NCBI RefSeq assembly: GCF_054482525.1
Contig: NZ_CM137006.1
Length of the DNA: 64,000 nt
Strand: one strand, 5' to 3'
Program-made: the position numbers and the translations under genes
Part shown: positions 7,064 through 16,448 of the stretch, piece after piece
Position numbering within the stretch: position 1 is the first letter of the stretch
Layout of the letters: each line of letters opens with the position of its first letter
The notes under the pieces: generated by a model
The model's database searches: none
Told to the model about the DNA's origin: nothing
Seen by the model: only the letters and a program-made list of their open reading frames with translations

Positions 7064-7123
7064 CAAATCCCTTTCATTTCTCAGTGTAAAACTACGCCAT
7101 CCGTTATTTGCGGAGGTGAGGCT

Positions 7124-7339
7124 ATGAAATCCATGGACAAAATTTCAACGGGCATTGCCTACGGCACCTCCGCAGGCAGTGCTGGCTACTGGTTTTTACA
7201 GTGGCTTGATCAGGTCAGTCCGTCACAGTGGGCTGCGATTGGTGTACTGGGGAGTCTGGTTCTGGGCTTCCTGACTTATCTGACAAATCTGTACTTCAAA
7301 ATCAGAGAAGACAAGCGTAAGGCTGCACGGGGAGAGTAA
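7124..7339 (+). CDS. phage-21-type class II holin (pinholin S21 family), dual-start motif MKSM
   Basis: The 71-aa sequence is essentially that of S21/EssD as recalled ([33 protein letters not shown]...). Confidence 0.9.
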   Translation: MKSMDKISTGIAYGTSAGSAGYWFLQWLDQVSPSQWAAIGVLGSLVLGFLTYLTNLYFKIREDKRKAARGE

Positions 7340-7343
7340 TTCA

Positions 7344-7694
7344 ATGACTCAAAACTATGAACTGATTGTGAAAGGGATCCGCAATTTTGAGAATAAAGTT
7401 ACGGTAACTTTAGCGTTACGGGACAAAAAACGCTTTGACGGCGAAATTTTTGACCTGGACATCTCGCTGGACCGTGTTGAAGGTGCCGCGCTGGAGTTTT
7501 ATGAGGCAGCAGCCAGAAGGAGCATCAGACAGGTCTTCCTGGATGTTGCTGCCGGGTTATGTGAAGGGGATGAGCAGTCGCCGGAAAAGCGCCCCGTAAT
7601 TTTAGAGGCGCAGAATGTGTGGATAACCTACAAAGGAAAGCTACCAGGAAGAATTACTGGTTCTCTGAAGACTCCTCCGGAATCACAACCTTAA
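7344..7694 (+). CDS. DUF1327 (YdfR-like) protein between holin and endolysin
   Basis: The N-terminal two thirds (YELIVKGIRNFENKVTVT...FDGEIFDLD...VEGAALEFYEAAARRS) resemble Qin YdfR as recalled. Confidence 0.65.
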   Translation: MTQNYELIVKGIRNFENKVTVTLALRDKKRFDGEIFDLDISLDRVEGAALEFYEAAARRSIRQVFLDVAAGLCEGDEQSPEKRPVILEAQNVWITYKGKLPGRITGSLKTPPESQP

Positions 7695-7757
7695 GTCACT
7701 GACCGGAACAGATAAACCTGTCCGTGGGCAGAAACCGATAAATCCTGATAAATATCC

Positions 7758-8291
7758 ATGAACGCAAAAATCAGATACGGCCTGTCGGCTGCCGTTCTGG
7801 CACTGATTGCCGTCGGTGCGCCCGCGCCTGATATTCTCGACCAGTTTCTGGATGAAAAAGAAGGTAACCACACAACGGCATACCGCGATGGTTCCGGCAT
7901 CTGGACCATCTGTCGGGGTGCCACGATGGTGGATGGAAAACCCGTTTTTCCCGGTATGAAACTGTCGAAGGAAAAATGCGACCAGGTCAACGCCATTGAG
8001 CGTGATAAGGCGCTGGCATGGGTGGAGCGCAATATTAAAGTACCACTGACCGAACCACAAAAAGCGGGTATCGCGTCATTTTGTCCCTATAACATTGGCC
8101 CCGGTAAGTGTTTTCCATCGACGTTTTATAAGCGGCTGAATGCTGGTGATCGTAAGGGCGCATGCGAGGCGATTCGCTGGTGGATAAAAGATGGTGGGCG
8201 CGATTGCCGCATACGTTCAAATAACTGCTATGGACAGGTTATTCGTCGTGACCAGGAAAGCGCATTAGCCTGTTGGGGAATAGATCAGTGA
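7758..8291 (+). CDS. SAR endolysin, T4-lysozyme-like (GH24), R21/RrrQ type
   Basis: N-terminal SAR segment is [18 protein letters not shown]. The catalytic E-D-T spacing is seen in [20 protein letters not shown]. Confidence 0.9.
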   Translation: MNAKIRYGLSAAVLALIAVGAPAPDILDQFLDEKEGNHTTAYRDGSGIWTICRGATMVDGKPVFPGMKLSKEKCDQVNAIERDKALAWVERNIKVPLTEPQKAGIASFCPYNIGPGKCFPSTFYKRLNAGDRKGACEAIRWWIKDGGRDCRIRSNNCYGQVIRRDQESALACWGIDQ

Positions 8292-8755
8292 GCAGAGTCG
8301 CCGCGATTATTTATGCTCTGGTTATCTGCATCATCGTCTGCCTGTCGTGGGCGGTCAATCATTACCGTGATAACGCCATCACCTACAAAGAACAGCGTGA
8401 TAAAAAAGTCAGTGAGCTGAAGCAGCTGACCGCCACCATCGCTGACATGCAGCAGCGTCAGCGTGATGTTGCTGCGCTCGATGCAAAGTACTCGAGAGAA
8501 TTAGCCAATGCGAAAGCTGAAAATGAAACTCTGCGCGCTGATGTTGCCGCTGGTCGTAAGCGCCTGCGGGTCAATGCCAGTTGCTCCGCAGCCGTGCGTG
8601 AAGCCACCGGACCCACCAGCGTGGATAATGCAACCAGCCCCAGACTGGCAGACACCGCTGAACGGGATTATTTCACCCTCAGAGAACGGTTGATGACGAT
8701 GCAGAAGCAACTGGAAGGGGCACAGCTATACATTCGTGAGCAATGTCTCAGATAA
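8288..8755 (+). CDS. Rz: i-spanin Rz
   Basis: The GTG at 8288 overlaps the endolysin stop. The sequence is close to lambda Rz ([17 protein letters not shown]...[15 protein letters not shown]). Confidence 0.85.
   Translation: MSRVAAIIYALVICIIVCLSWAVNHYRDNAITYKEQRDKKVSELKQLTATIADMQQRQRDVAALDAKYSRELANAKAENETLRADVAAGRKRLRVNASCSAAVREATGPTSVDNATSPRLADTAERDYFTLRERLMTMQKQLEGAQLYIREQCLR
8508..8693 (+). CDS. Rz1: o-spanin Rz1 lipoprotein, embedded in the +1 frame of Rz
   Basis: Lipobox is [36 protein letters not shown] matches lambda Rz1. Confidence 0.85.
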   Translation: MRKLKMKLCALMLPLVVSACGSMPVAPQPCVKPPDPPAWIMQPAPDWQTPLNGIISPSENG

Positions 8756-8910
8756 AAACCGGCCAAGGATAATCCGCTAAAGATTCGCCGGTGGCGAAAG
8801 AGAGCCAAGGTGTCAACCTACGCTATTACTTATGATAATGCAACAGACGAAGCGGGACATATTGGCGCATAACAAATCAGTGCAGGCTAACTGCAGGAAG
8901 AACTTAGGGC

Positions 8911-9177
8911 GTGAACGTAGAAAACCTAAGTAACGCACATTACATCTATAACGAGATGAAAGAGCTACAGCGACAGAAAGGTATACTGGAAAGTGGTGCA
9001 GGGCTTGGTGTGACAATCCAGTCTGCCTATCAATATAGTGCTTTTCTTGAGGCCATACGCCCGCATGCAGTTGCTGAACTTAACAGCCGTATTGAGGAAA
9101 AGAAATCCGCGCTGGTTAATTTGGGTGCTTCCTTCTCTATATACGAGCATAATAAGGCGGGTTGGAAACCCGCCTAA
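8911..9177 (+). CDS. hypothetical 88-aa protein (GTG start; uncertain gene)
   Basis: ORF in an AT-rich moron. The start codon lies in the loop of CTTAGG...CCTAAG. The last codons lie inside the 9155-9175 hairpin. No family was recognised. Confidence 0.35.
   Translation: MNVENLSNAHYIYNEMKELQRQKGILESGAGLGVTIQSAYQYSAFLEAIRPHAVAELNSRIEEKKSALVNLGASFSIYEHNKAGWKPA
9155..9175. terminator. hairpin between convergent genes (AGGCGGGTT-GGA-AACCCGCCT), possible bidirectional terminator
   Basis: 8-9 bp GC-rich stem. The flanking tails are only weakly T-rich. Confidence 0.45.
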
Positions 9178-9182
9178 AGCAC

Positions 9183-9722
9183 TTAGAAACTGCGTGGAGC
9201 TGTGGAAAGAATGGATGCCAGTTCTTCCTTCGATAAATCCCAGCTTCGATTTACAGCGTCAATTTTCTTAAACTCATCAAGCATTGCGTTATAGAGATGT
9301 TCTGTACGTGAATGAGTATTGGCAATGGGCTGTTTCTGTTCGGGGAAGCGATCAATTTTCTGATATGCCTCAATGATACTGAAGTAATCGCATTCATTAT
9401 TACCGTCGAAACCTGGGAGCTGAATTGCCCCATCATGTATTTTTAGATGATGGTCACGGACTAATTCTTTTTGCTCGTCATCACTAAGTTTCCTGAAAGC
9501 ATTGGAAAGTCCGCGATACATATTCAAGACAGCAGTAACAAAATCACGATCTTCTTTACTTGGTTCATCAACATCCAAATGTGAATATTCGGCCTTCATA
9601 ACCCAACCATTACCAGATGACACAGCATATTTAACAAGCTGTGGATCAATATCAGTTTCGATACCTAGGTGGATGGCAATGTCACATAACAAAATGGTAT
9701 TGATTTTATCTTTAATATCCAT
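9183..9722 (-). CDS. YfbU-family (UPF0304)-like protein, transcribed against the late operon
   Basis: By eye it is collinear with E. coli YfbU (recalled). Matching blocks are VLNMYRGLSNAF vs IMEMYHALHVSW, LPGFDGNNE vs FLGFDAATE, a conserved RF/RY, YNAMLDEF vs YQRMLNVW, and LSKEELASIL vs LSANEINQII. Confidence 0.6.
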   Translation of the reverse strand: MDIKDKINTILLCDIAIHLGIETDIDPQLVKYAVSSGNGWVMKAEYSHLDVDEPSKEDRDFVTAVLNMYRGLSNAFRKLSDDEQKELVRDHHLKIHDGAIQLPGFDGNNECDYFSIIEAYQKIDRFPEQKQPIANTHSRTEHLYNAMLDEFKKIDAVNRSWDLSKEELASILSTAPRSF

Positions 9723-9860
9723 GAGTTAACCCTCTGAAGTAAAAAGTAATATCTACACCCGTTAGCTCATGAAGTCTATTGATCTGGCTCATATCAGCGG
9801 CAAATCTATTTCATGGAGATACTCAATGCAGGTCACTTTTGATTTATATAAGGGCGAAAC

Positions 9861-10211
9861 ATGCCAGCACTAATCCCACGAGCCTGCCGTAAACGTGGAT
9901 GTGCAGGTACAACCACAGACAGTTCTGGTTACTGCGATAAACATCGTGGCGAAGGATGGGTACAGCATCAGCGCGGACTGAGTCGCCACCAGCGTGGCTA
10001 TGGCTCGAAATGGGATGCCATACGTGCGCGCATACTGAAGCGTGATAATGATCTGTGTCAGAACTGCCTGCGCAATGGGAGAGCCGTTGAAGCCAGAACT
10101 GTGGACCACATCATTCCGAAAGCTCATGGTGGCTCGGATGCAGACAGTAACCTGCAGAGTCTGTGCTGGCCCTGCCATAAAGCAAAAACAGCGCGCGAAC
10201 GCATCAATTGA
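9861..10211 (+). CDS. HNH endonuclease associated with the terminase (HK97 gp74-like)
   Basis: Contains DHIIPKAHGGSDADSNLQSLCWPCHKAKT. It lies immediately upstream of terS/terL. Confidence 0.85.
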   Translation: MPALIPRACRKRGCAGTTTDSSGYCDKHRGEGWVQHQRGLSRHQRGYGSKWDAIRARILKRDNDLCQNCLRNGRAVEARTVDHIIPKAHGGSDADSNLQSLCWPCHKAKTARERIN

Positions 10212-10360
10212 TAACAGTTCCCATCTGTAGGGGAGGGGTGGGTCAAATCCCTGCAGCCCTGGCTGCTCAGTACCGCCGCCTGACCCTTCCTCACATCGCC
10301 GCAGGTTCGAAAACTTTTTTTTTGGAAATGTGAACAAACGATTGATAGGTAAGACCGATT

Positions 10361-10843
10361 ATGTCAGGACCTCCGAAAACCCCGCCACGCCTGCATTTGA
10401 TTCGAGGTAACCCCTCAAAGCGCCCCGTTAAAGACCACAAAAAAACCGCTAAAAAGGATGAAAAAGGTCTTCCTAAAATTCCGCAGCATTTAGGGGCTCA
10501 GGGGAAGTACTGGTTCAGGCGAATGGCGGAAGAGCTGAATGCGGAAGGGATCATTTCTCAGCTTGATGCGCGTGCGCTCGAGCTGCTGGTGGAAGCCTAC
10601 ACCGAATATCGGCATCACTGCGAAACACTCGATGTTGAGGGGTATACCTACCGCACGGAAACGCAGAGCGGTGATGTACTGATTAAGGCGCACCCCGCGG
10701 CGGCAATGAAAGCGGATGCCTGGAAGCGGATCCGGGCAATGCTTGCAGAGTTTGGTATGTCACCGGCAAGCCGGGCTAAAGTAAATATCGCCGGACCGGA
10801 TGATGTTGATCCGCTGGCGGAGCTTTTAAAAGCGAGAGACTGA
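10361..10843 (+). CDS. terminase small subunit, P27 family
   Basis: Typical of P27-type TerS in length, in the N-terminal PPRLHLIRGNPSKRP, and in the C-terminal FGMSPASRAK. Confidence 0.8.
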   Translation: MSGPPKTPPRLHLIRGNPSKRPVKDHKKTAKKDEKGLPKIPQHLGAQGKYWFRRMAEELNAEGIISQLDARALELLVEAYTEYRHHCETLDVEGYTYRTETQSGDVLIKAHPAAAMKADAWKRIRAMLAEFGMSPASRAKVNIAGPDDVDPLAELLKARD

Positions 10844-12600
10844 TGGCAAAAGTGGCTGACGGGATCCGCTACGCCGAACGTGTTGTTGCAGGAGAAATTG
10901 TTGCTGGCGAATTTGTCCGCCTGGCCTGCCAGCGTTTTCTTGATGATCTGAAGTACGGCGAAGAGCGGGGGATTTATTTCAGTGAACCCCGTGCGCAGCA
11001 CATCCTGAATTTCTACAAATTTGTGCCTCATGTAAAAGGGGCGCTGGCAGGCCAGCCCATTGAGTTGATGGACTGGCATGTATTTATCCTCATTAATATT
11101 TTTGGTTTTGTCATTCCGCTGGTCAATGAAGAGACCGGGGAAGTTGTCATGCGCAGCGATGGCAGCGGACGTCCGGTGATGGTGCGCCGGTTCCGGACGG
11201 CGTACAACGAAGTCGCCCGTAAAAACGCAAAATCAACTCTGTCATCGGGTATCGGCCTGTATATGACGGGGGCAGATGGTGAAGGCGGAGCTGAGGTGTA
11301 TTCAGCCGCAACCACGCGTGACCAGGCCAGAATCGTGTTTGAAGACGCCAAAAATATGGTCAGAAAAGCCCGGTCGACACTCGGGCGGTTGTTTGATTTC
11401 AACAAGCTGGCGATTTACCAGGAGCAGAGCGCATCAAAATTTGAACCGCTTTCTTCGGATGCAAACAACCTAGATGGTCTGAACATCCACTGCGCCATTA
11501 TTGATGAGCTGCATGCACATAAAACCCGTGACGTGTGGGACGTTCTGGAAACGGCAACCGGTGCCCGTCTGCAGTCCCTTTTATTTGGTATCACCACGGC
11601 AGGGTTTAACAAGGAAGGGATTTGTTACGAGCAGCGTGATTACGCCATCAAGGTATTGCGTGGCTATAACAGCGACGTGGAGGGCGCGGTAAAAGACGAC
11701 TCCTACTTTGCGATTATTTACACCCTCGATGAGGGAGATGATCCGTTTGATGAAACGGTCTGGCAGAAAGCGAATCCCGGCCTGGGCATCTGTAAACGCT
11801 GGGATGATCTGCGTCGCCTGGCGAAAAAAGCGAAAGAACAGGTCTCTGCGCGGGTGAATTTTTTTACCAAACACATGAATGTGTGGGTAACAGCAGAGTC
11901 TGCCTGGATGGACATGATTAAGTGGGAGAAGTGCGAATACATTGCCCCACGACATGAGCTGAAAACGTATCCCATGTGGGTCGGCGTTGACCTTGCTCAT
12001 AAGATTGATATCTGTGCGGCGGCAAAACTCTGGCGAACGGATAACGGGCATGTTCATGCCGATTTTAAATTCTGGCTTCCGGAAGGACGGCTGGAACGAT
12101 GCTCGCGGCAGCAGGCAGAACTTTACCGGAAGTGGGCGGAGATGGATAAGCTGATTCTGACGGATGGTGATGTTATCGATCATGCTCAGATAAAAAGTGA
12201 CTTACTGGAATGGATTGGTGGTGAAAACCTCAGGGAACTGGGATTTGACCCGTGGAGCGCGATGCAGTTCAGCCTGGCACTGGCTGAAGAAGGGATACCG
12301 CTGGTGGAGGTTCCGCAGACGGTTCGCAATCTGTCAGAGGCCATGAAGGAAACGGAATCACTGGTCTATGCCGGGCGTTTCCATCACAGCAATCATCCGG
12401 TCATGAACTGGATGATGTCTAACGTTACGGTAAAACCGGACAAAAACGACAATATCTTCCCGAATAAATCCACGCTGGAAGCCAAAATCGACGGCCCTGT
12501 TGCGATGTTTACAGCAATGAGCCGGATGCTGGTCAATGGTGGTGAACCGGAGCTGGATCTGTCTGAACATCTGGTCAGCGTGGGCATCCGCTCGCTTTAA
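10843..12600 (+). CDS. terminase large subunit
   Basis: 585 aa, translationally coupled (TGATG). Carries ATPase/nuclease-type motifs (IIDELHAH). Followed by the portal gene. Confidence 0.85.
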   Translation: MAKVADGIRYAERVVAGEIVAGEFVRLACQRFLDDLKYGEERGIYFSEPRAQHILNFYKFVPHVKGALAGQPIELMDWHVFILINIFGFVIPLVNEETGEVVMRSDGSGRPVMVRRFRTAYNEVARKNAKSTLSSGIGLYMTGADGEGGAEVYSAATTRDQARIVFEDAKNMVRKARSTLGRLFDFNKLAIYQEQSASKFEPLSSDANNLDGLNIHCAIIDELHAHKTRDVWDVLETATGARLQSLLFGITTAGFNKEGICYEQRDYAIKVLRGYNSDVEGAVKDDSYFAIIYTLDEGDDPFDETVWQKANPGLGICKRWDDLRRLAKKAKEQVSARVNFFTKHMNVWVTAESAWMDMIKWEKCEYIAPRHELKTYPMWVGVDLAHKIDICAAAKLWRTDNGHVHADFKFWLPEGRLERCSRQQAELYRKWAEMDKLILTDGDVIDHAQIKSDLLEWIGGENLRELGFDPWSAMQFSLALAEEGIPLVEVPQTVRNLSEAMKETESLVYAGRFHHSNHPVMNWMMSNVTVKPDKNDNIFPNKSTLEAKIDGPVAMFTAMSRMLVNGGEPELDLSEHLVSVGIRSL

Positions 12601-12611
12601 CCGAGGTCATT

Positions 12612-12794
12612 ATGTTTCTGATAATTCTCGCGCCACTGGTGGGCGTGCTGGGTGCGCTTTTGCTGGCGTATGGTGCCTGGCTGATTTATCCCCCGGCGGG
12701 TTTTGTTGTTGCCGGGGTGCTGTGCCTGTTCTGGTCGTGGCTGGTGGCGCGATATCTCGACCGTACACAGCCGTCTGTCGGCGGAGGTAAATAG
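12612..12794 (+). CDS. small hydrophobic protein (2 predicted TM segments)
   Basis: 60-aa ORF packed tightly between terL and the portal gene. Confidence 0.5.
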   Translation: MFLIILAPLVGVLGALLLAYGAWLIYPPAGFVVAGVLCLFWSWLVARYLDRTQPSVGGGK

Positions 12795-14035
12795 TGTTCT
12801 TTTCGGGATTATTTCAACGAAAAAGTGACGCACCGGTGACCACGCCAGCAGAGCTGGCGGATGCCATCGGGTTGTCTTACGACACCTATACCGGAAAGCA
12901 GATCAGCAGTCAGCGGGCCATGCGACTGACGGCGGTTTTTTCCTGCGTCAGAGTGCTGGCAGAGTCGGTCGGGATGTTGCCCTGCAATCTGTATCACCTG
13001 AACGGCAGCCTGAAACAGAGGGCCACCGGCGAACGTCTGCATAAGCTGATCTCCACGCATCCCAATGGCTATATGACGCCGCAGGAGTTCTGGGAGCTGG
13101 TGGTCACCTGTCTGTGCCTGAGGGGAAACTTTTACGCCTACAAAGTGAAAGCATTTGGCGAAGTGGCTGAACTGCTGCCCGTCGATCCCGGTTGTGTGGT
13201 ACCGAAGCTTAACAGTCGCTGGGAGCCGGTCTATCAGGTCACATTCCCGGACGGTTCCACGGATGTACTGAGCCAGGAAGATATCTGGCATGTGCGCACG
13301 CTGACGCTGGACGGTCTGGTGGGACTGAATCCCATCGCCTATGCCCGCGAGGCAATATCGCTGGCAGCAGCGACCGAAGAGCACGGGGCCAGACTGTTCA
13401 GCAATGGTGCGGTGACGTCCGGTGTGTTGCGTACAGAACAGACGCTGTCGGATCAGGCTTATGAGCGCCTGAAGAAAGATTTTGAGGAGCGTCACACCGG
13501 GCTTGGCAATGCTCACCGCCCGATGATCCTTGAGATGGGGCTGGACTGGAAGTCGATGGCGCTGAACGCCGAGGACAGCCAGTTCCTGGAAACCCGCAAG
13601 TTTCAGCTTGAAGAAATCTGTCGTCTGTTCCGGGTGCCGTTGCACATGGTGCAGAACACCGATCGCGCCACCTTCAACAATATCGAAGAGCTGGGGCTGG
13701 GATTTATCAACTATTCACTGGTGCCGTATCTGACCCGCATCGAACAGCGGATCAACACCGGACTGGTACGAAAAAGTAAGCAGGGCGTTTATTACGCCAA
13801 ATTTAACGCCGGGGCGTTACTGCGCGGGGATATGAAGTCCCGTTTTGAAGCCTACGCCACCGGGATCAACTGGGGAATTTACTCTCCCAATGACTGCCGC
13901 GACCTGGAAGATATGAATCCGCGTCCCGGTGGTGATGTCTATCTCACACCGATGAACATGACCACAAAACCCTCCGATGGCAGTAAAGCCGGTAAGCAGA
14001 AGGATAACGCCAATGCAGACGAAACAACGTCTTGA
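12794..14035 (+). CDS. portal protein, HK97 family
   Basis: 413 aa, in the position and of the length expected for the terL-portal-protease-capsid order. Confidence 0.85.
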   Translation: MFFSGLFQRKSDAPVTTPAELADAIGLSYDTYTGKQISSQRAMRLTAVFSCVRVLAESVGMLPCNLYHLNGSLKQRATGERLHKLISTHPNGYMTPQEFWELVVTCLCLRGNFYAYKVKAFGEVAELLPVDPGCVVPKLNSRWEPVYQVTFPDGSTDVLSQEDIWHVRTLTLDGLVGLNPIAYAREAISLAAATEEHGARLFSNGAVTSGVLRTEQTLSDQAYERLKKDFEERHTGLGNAHRPMILEMGLDWKSMALNAEDSQFLETRKFQLEEICRLFRVPLHMVQNTDRATFNNIEELGLGFINYSLVPYLTRIEQRINTGLVRKSKQGVYYAKFNAGALLRGDMKSRFEAYATGINWGIYSPNDCRDLEDMNPRPGGDVYLTPMNMTTKPSDGSKAGKQKDNANADETTS

Positions 14036-14663
14036 TGTACCGCTGAGTCTGAAATCTGTCAGTGACTCCGGTGAGTTTGAAGGGTATGGCTCCGTCTTTG
14101 GTGTAAAGGACAGCCACGATGATGTGGTGATGTCCGGGGCATTTGCTGCTTCCCTGCGGGCGTGGAGTGACAGAAAAGCGTTACCTGCGCTGCTCTGGCA
14201 GCACCGCATGGATGAACCCATCGGTGTTTACACCGAAATGAAGGAAGACGATGTCGGGCTTTACGTCAGGGGACGGTTGCTTATTGATGATGATCCCCTC
14301 GCAAAACGCGCACATGCACACATGAAGGCCGGTTCGTTAACCGGCCTTTCTATTGGGTACGTCCTGAAAGACTGGGAATACGACCGGAGCAAAGAAGCCT
14401 TTCTGCTGAAAGAAATCGACCTCTGGGAAGTCAGCCTGGTGACGTTCCCGTCTAACGACGAGGCGCGGATCAGCGACGTCAAGAACGCACTGGCCCGCGG
14501 GGAAATCCCCGAACAGAAAAAAATCGAAAGAGTCCTGCGTGATGTCGGACTCTCCCGTACCCAGGCCAAAGCATTCATGGCCGGGGGCTATGGCGCACTG
14601 TCCCTGCGCGACGCTGAGGATGTGGGCTCTGCACTGAATGCACTGAAAAATCTAAACTTCTAA
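14013..14663 (+). CDS. prohead protease, HK97 family
   Basis: GEFEGYGSVFGVKDSHDDVV and EVSLVTFPSNDEA are typical of this family. The ATG at 14013 is preferred over the track start at 13977. Confidence 0.8.
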   Translation: MQTKQRLDVPLSLKSVSDSGEFEGYGSVFGVKDSHDDVVMSGAFAASLRAWSDRKALPALLWQHRMDEPIGVYTEMKEDDVGLYVRGRLLIDDDPLAKRAHAHMKAGSLTGLSIGYVLKDWEYDRSKEAFLLKEIDLWEVSLVTFPSNDEARISDVKNALARGEIPEQKKIERVLRDVGLSRTQAKAFMAGGYGALSLRDAEDVGSALNALKNLNF

Positions 14664-14677
14664 TCAGGAGAAATACG

Positions 14678-15883
14678 ATGGCGGTTGATATTAAAGATGT
14701 CGAACAGGTCGCGCAGGAGCTGCAGCAGAAGTTTGACGACTTCAAAGCAAAGAACGACAAGCGCGTGGATGCGATTGAGCAGGAAAAAGGCAAACTTGCC
14801 GGGCAGGTGGAAACCCTGAACGGGAAACTCAGCGAGCTGGAAAACCTCAAAAGCGATCTTGAAAAAGAGCTGCTTGAGCTGAAACGTCCGGCAGGTGGTG
14901 CGCAAAATAAACTGGCCACCGAGCATAAAGAAGCGTTTGTGGGCTTCCTGCGTAAAGGCCGTGAAGATGGTCTGCGCGATCTGGAGCGCAAGGCATTACA
15001 GGTGGGCACCGATGAAGACGGCGGCTATGCCGTGCCGGAAGCACTGGATCGCAACATTCTCACCCTGCTGAAAGATGAAGTGGTGATGCGCCAGGAAGCC
15101 ACGGTGATCAGCGTTGGTGGTTCCGACTACAAAAAACTGGTGAATCTGGGCGGCACGGCTTCCGGATGGGTTGGCGAGACTGACGCGCGCTCCCAGACTG
15201 CCACCTCAAAACTGGGCCTGATTGAACCTTTCATGGGGGAAATCTACGGTAACCCGCAGGCCACCCAGAAAATGCTGGATGATGCCTTTTTCAACGTGGA
15301 AGCATGGATCAACAGCGAGCTGGCAACCGAATTTGCCGAACAGGAAGAAATTGCCTTTACCACCGGCGATGGTACCAAGAAGCCGAAAGGGTTCCTGGCG
15401 TATGAGTCCACGGATGAAACAGACAAGGTCCGGGCGTTCGGCAAACTTCAGCATATTGTATCCGGCGAAGCGACGGCGGTGACCGCAGATGCCATTATCA
15501 AACTGATTTACACGCTGCGTAAGGCACACCGCACTGGCGCGAAGTTCATGATGAACAACAACAGTCTGTTTGCCATCCGTCTGCTGAAAGACAGTGAGGG
15601 TAACTATCTGTGGCGTCCGGGGCTGGAGCTGGGGCAGCCGTCCTCTCTGGCGGGTTACGGTATCGCTGAAAACGAACAGATGCCGGATATTGCCGCTGAT
15701 GCGAAAGCCATTGCATTTGGTAACTTCAAACGGGGTTACACCATCGTTGACCGTATCGGTACCCGCATTCTGCGTGACCCGTACACCAATAAACCGTTTG
15801 TCGGTTTTTATACCACCAAGCGCACCGGCGGCATGCTGGTCGATTCGCAGGCCATCAAACTGCTGAAGATTGCAGCGGCGTAA
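14678..15883 (+). CDS. major capsid protein, HK97 family
   Basis: 401 aa with an N-terminal coiled-coil delta-like domain. It follows the protease, and AGGAG lies upstream. Confidence 0.85.
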   Translation: MAVDIKDVEQVAQELQQKFDDFKAKNDKRVDAIEQEKGKLAGQVETLNGKLSELENLKSDLEKELLELKRPAGGAQNKLATEHKEAFVGFLRKGREDGLRDLERKALQVGTDEDGGYAVPEALDRNILTLLKDEVVMRQEATVISVGGSDYKKLVNLGGTASGWVGETDARSQTATSKLGLIEPFMGEIYGNPQATQKMLDDAFFNVEAWINSELATEFAEQEEIAFTTGDGTKKPKGFLAYESTDETDKVRAFGKLQHIVSGEATAVTADAIIKLIYTLRKAHRTGAKFMMNNNSLFAIRLLKDSEGNYLWRPGLELGQPSSLAGYGIAENEQMPDIAADAKAIAFGNFKRGYTIVDRIGTRILRDPYTNKPFVGFYTTKRTGGMLVDSQAIKLLKIAAA

Positions 15884-15890
15884 TCATTCA

Positions 15891-15912
15891 GGGGGCGCAG
15901 AAGTGCGCCCCC
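15891..15912 (+). other. strong 9-bp GC hairpin after the capsid gene (GGGGGCGCA-GAAG-TGCGCCCCC), poor T tail
   Basis: Read directly. It may be a partial terminator or an mRNA stabiliser. Confidence 0.6.
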
Positions 15913-15934
15913 TGTTCTGACAGGTGAAAGAATC

Positions 15935-16123
15935 ATGATCCTGAAACAAGATCTGAAATGGTCACCGGACGGTATGCGTGTTGAGATTATTCGGGCCGGT
16001 GAGTATGAAGATAAAGAATTACCCGAACGGGTACGCGAAATTGCCACTGCAGCTGGGATTGTCTCTGATAAGAGAACACCTGTTGCGCGGGGGGCTGATA
16101 AGTCTAAAAAACAGCATTCATAG
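15935..16123 (+). CDS. hypothetical small head-region protein
   Basis: 62-aa ORF between the capsid and connector genes. Confidence 0.45.
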   Translation: MILKQDLKWSPDGMRVEIIRAGEYEDKELPERVREIATAAGIVSDKRTPVARGADKSKKQHS

Positions 16124-16134
16124 AGGTTGCCCAA

Positions 16135-16440
16135 ATGATGCCCACTCTGGAAGAGCTTCGTGTTCAGTGCCGGATTGATGATGACAATGAACAGGAGAAT
16201 TCTCTTCTTATGATGTATCTGGCTGCTGCCAGGGAAGAGGCTGAAAAGTTTTTAAACCGGACGCTTTACGATGAAACTGTTTCTGAGCAGGATACGACCG
16301 GGCTTGTAATAACACCTCTGATAAAACTGCGTCTTATGCAACTGGTTGGCTACTGGTACGAGAACAGGGAAATGCAGGATGCAGTGCCTGATTTTTTCTA
16401 TACCGGACTGCGGATGTATCGATTTCATCCCGGAACATAG
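16135..16440 (+). CDS. head-tail connector (gp6-like, DNA-packaging/head completion)
   Basis: Size, position and an N-terminus (LEELRVQCRIDDDNEQENSLL) typical of the family. Confidence 0.7.
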   Translation: MMPTLEELRVQCRIDDDNEQENSLLMMYLAAAREEAEKFLNRTLYDETVSEQDTTGLVITPLIKLRLMQLVGYWYENREMQDAVPDFFYTGLRMYRFHPGT

Positions 16441-16448
16441 GAGGATTC

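Noticed and set aside
10226-10245. G-rich block GGGGAGGGGTGGG as a possible G-quadruplex
   Set aside because: Only three G-tracts are present. It is more simply explained as part of the cos/terminase recognition region.
12809-13645. 278-aa minus-strand ORF antisense to the portal gene (similar cases: 11581-12183 in terL, 9870-10337 over HNH, 14575-15009 over the capsid start)
   Set aside because: These are antisense shadows of strongly supported phage structural genes. They have no ribosome-binding sites and no recognisable domains.
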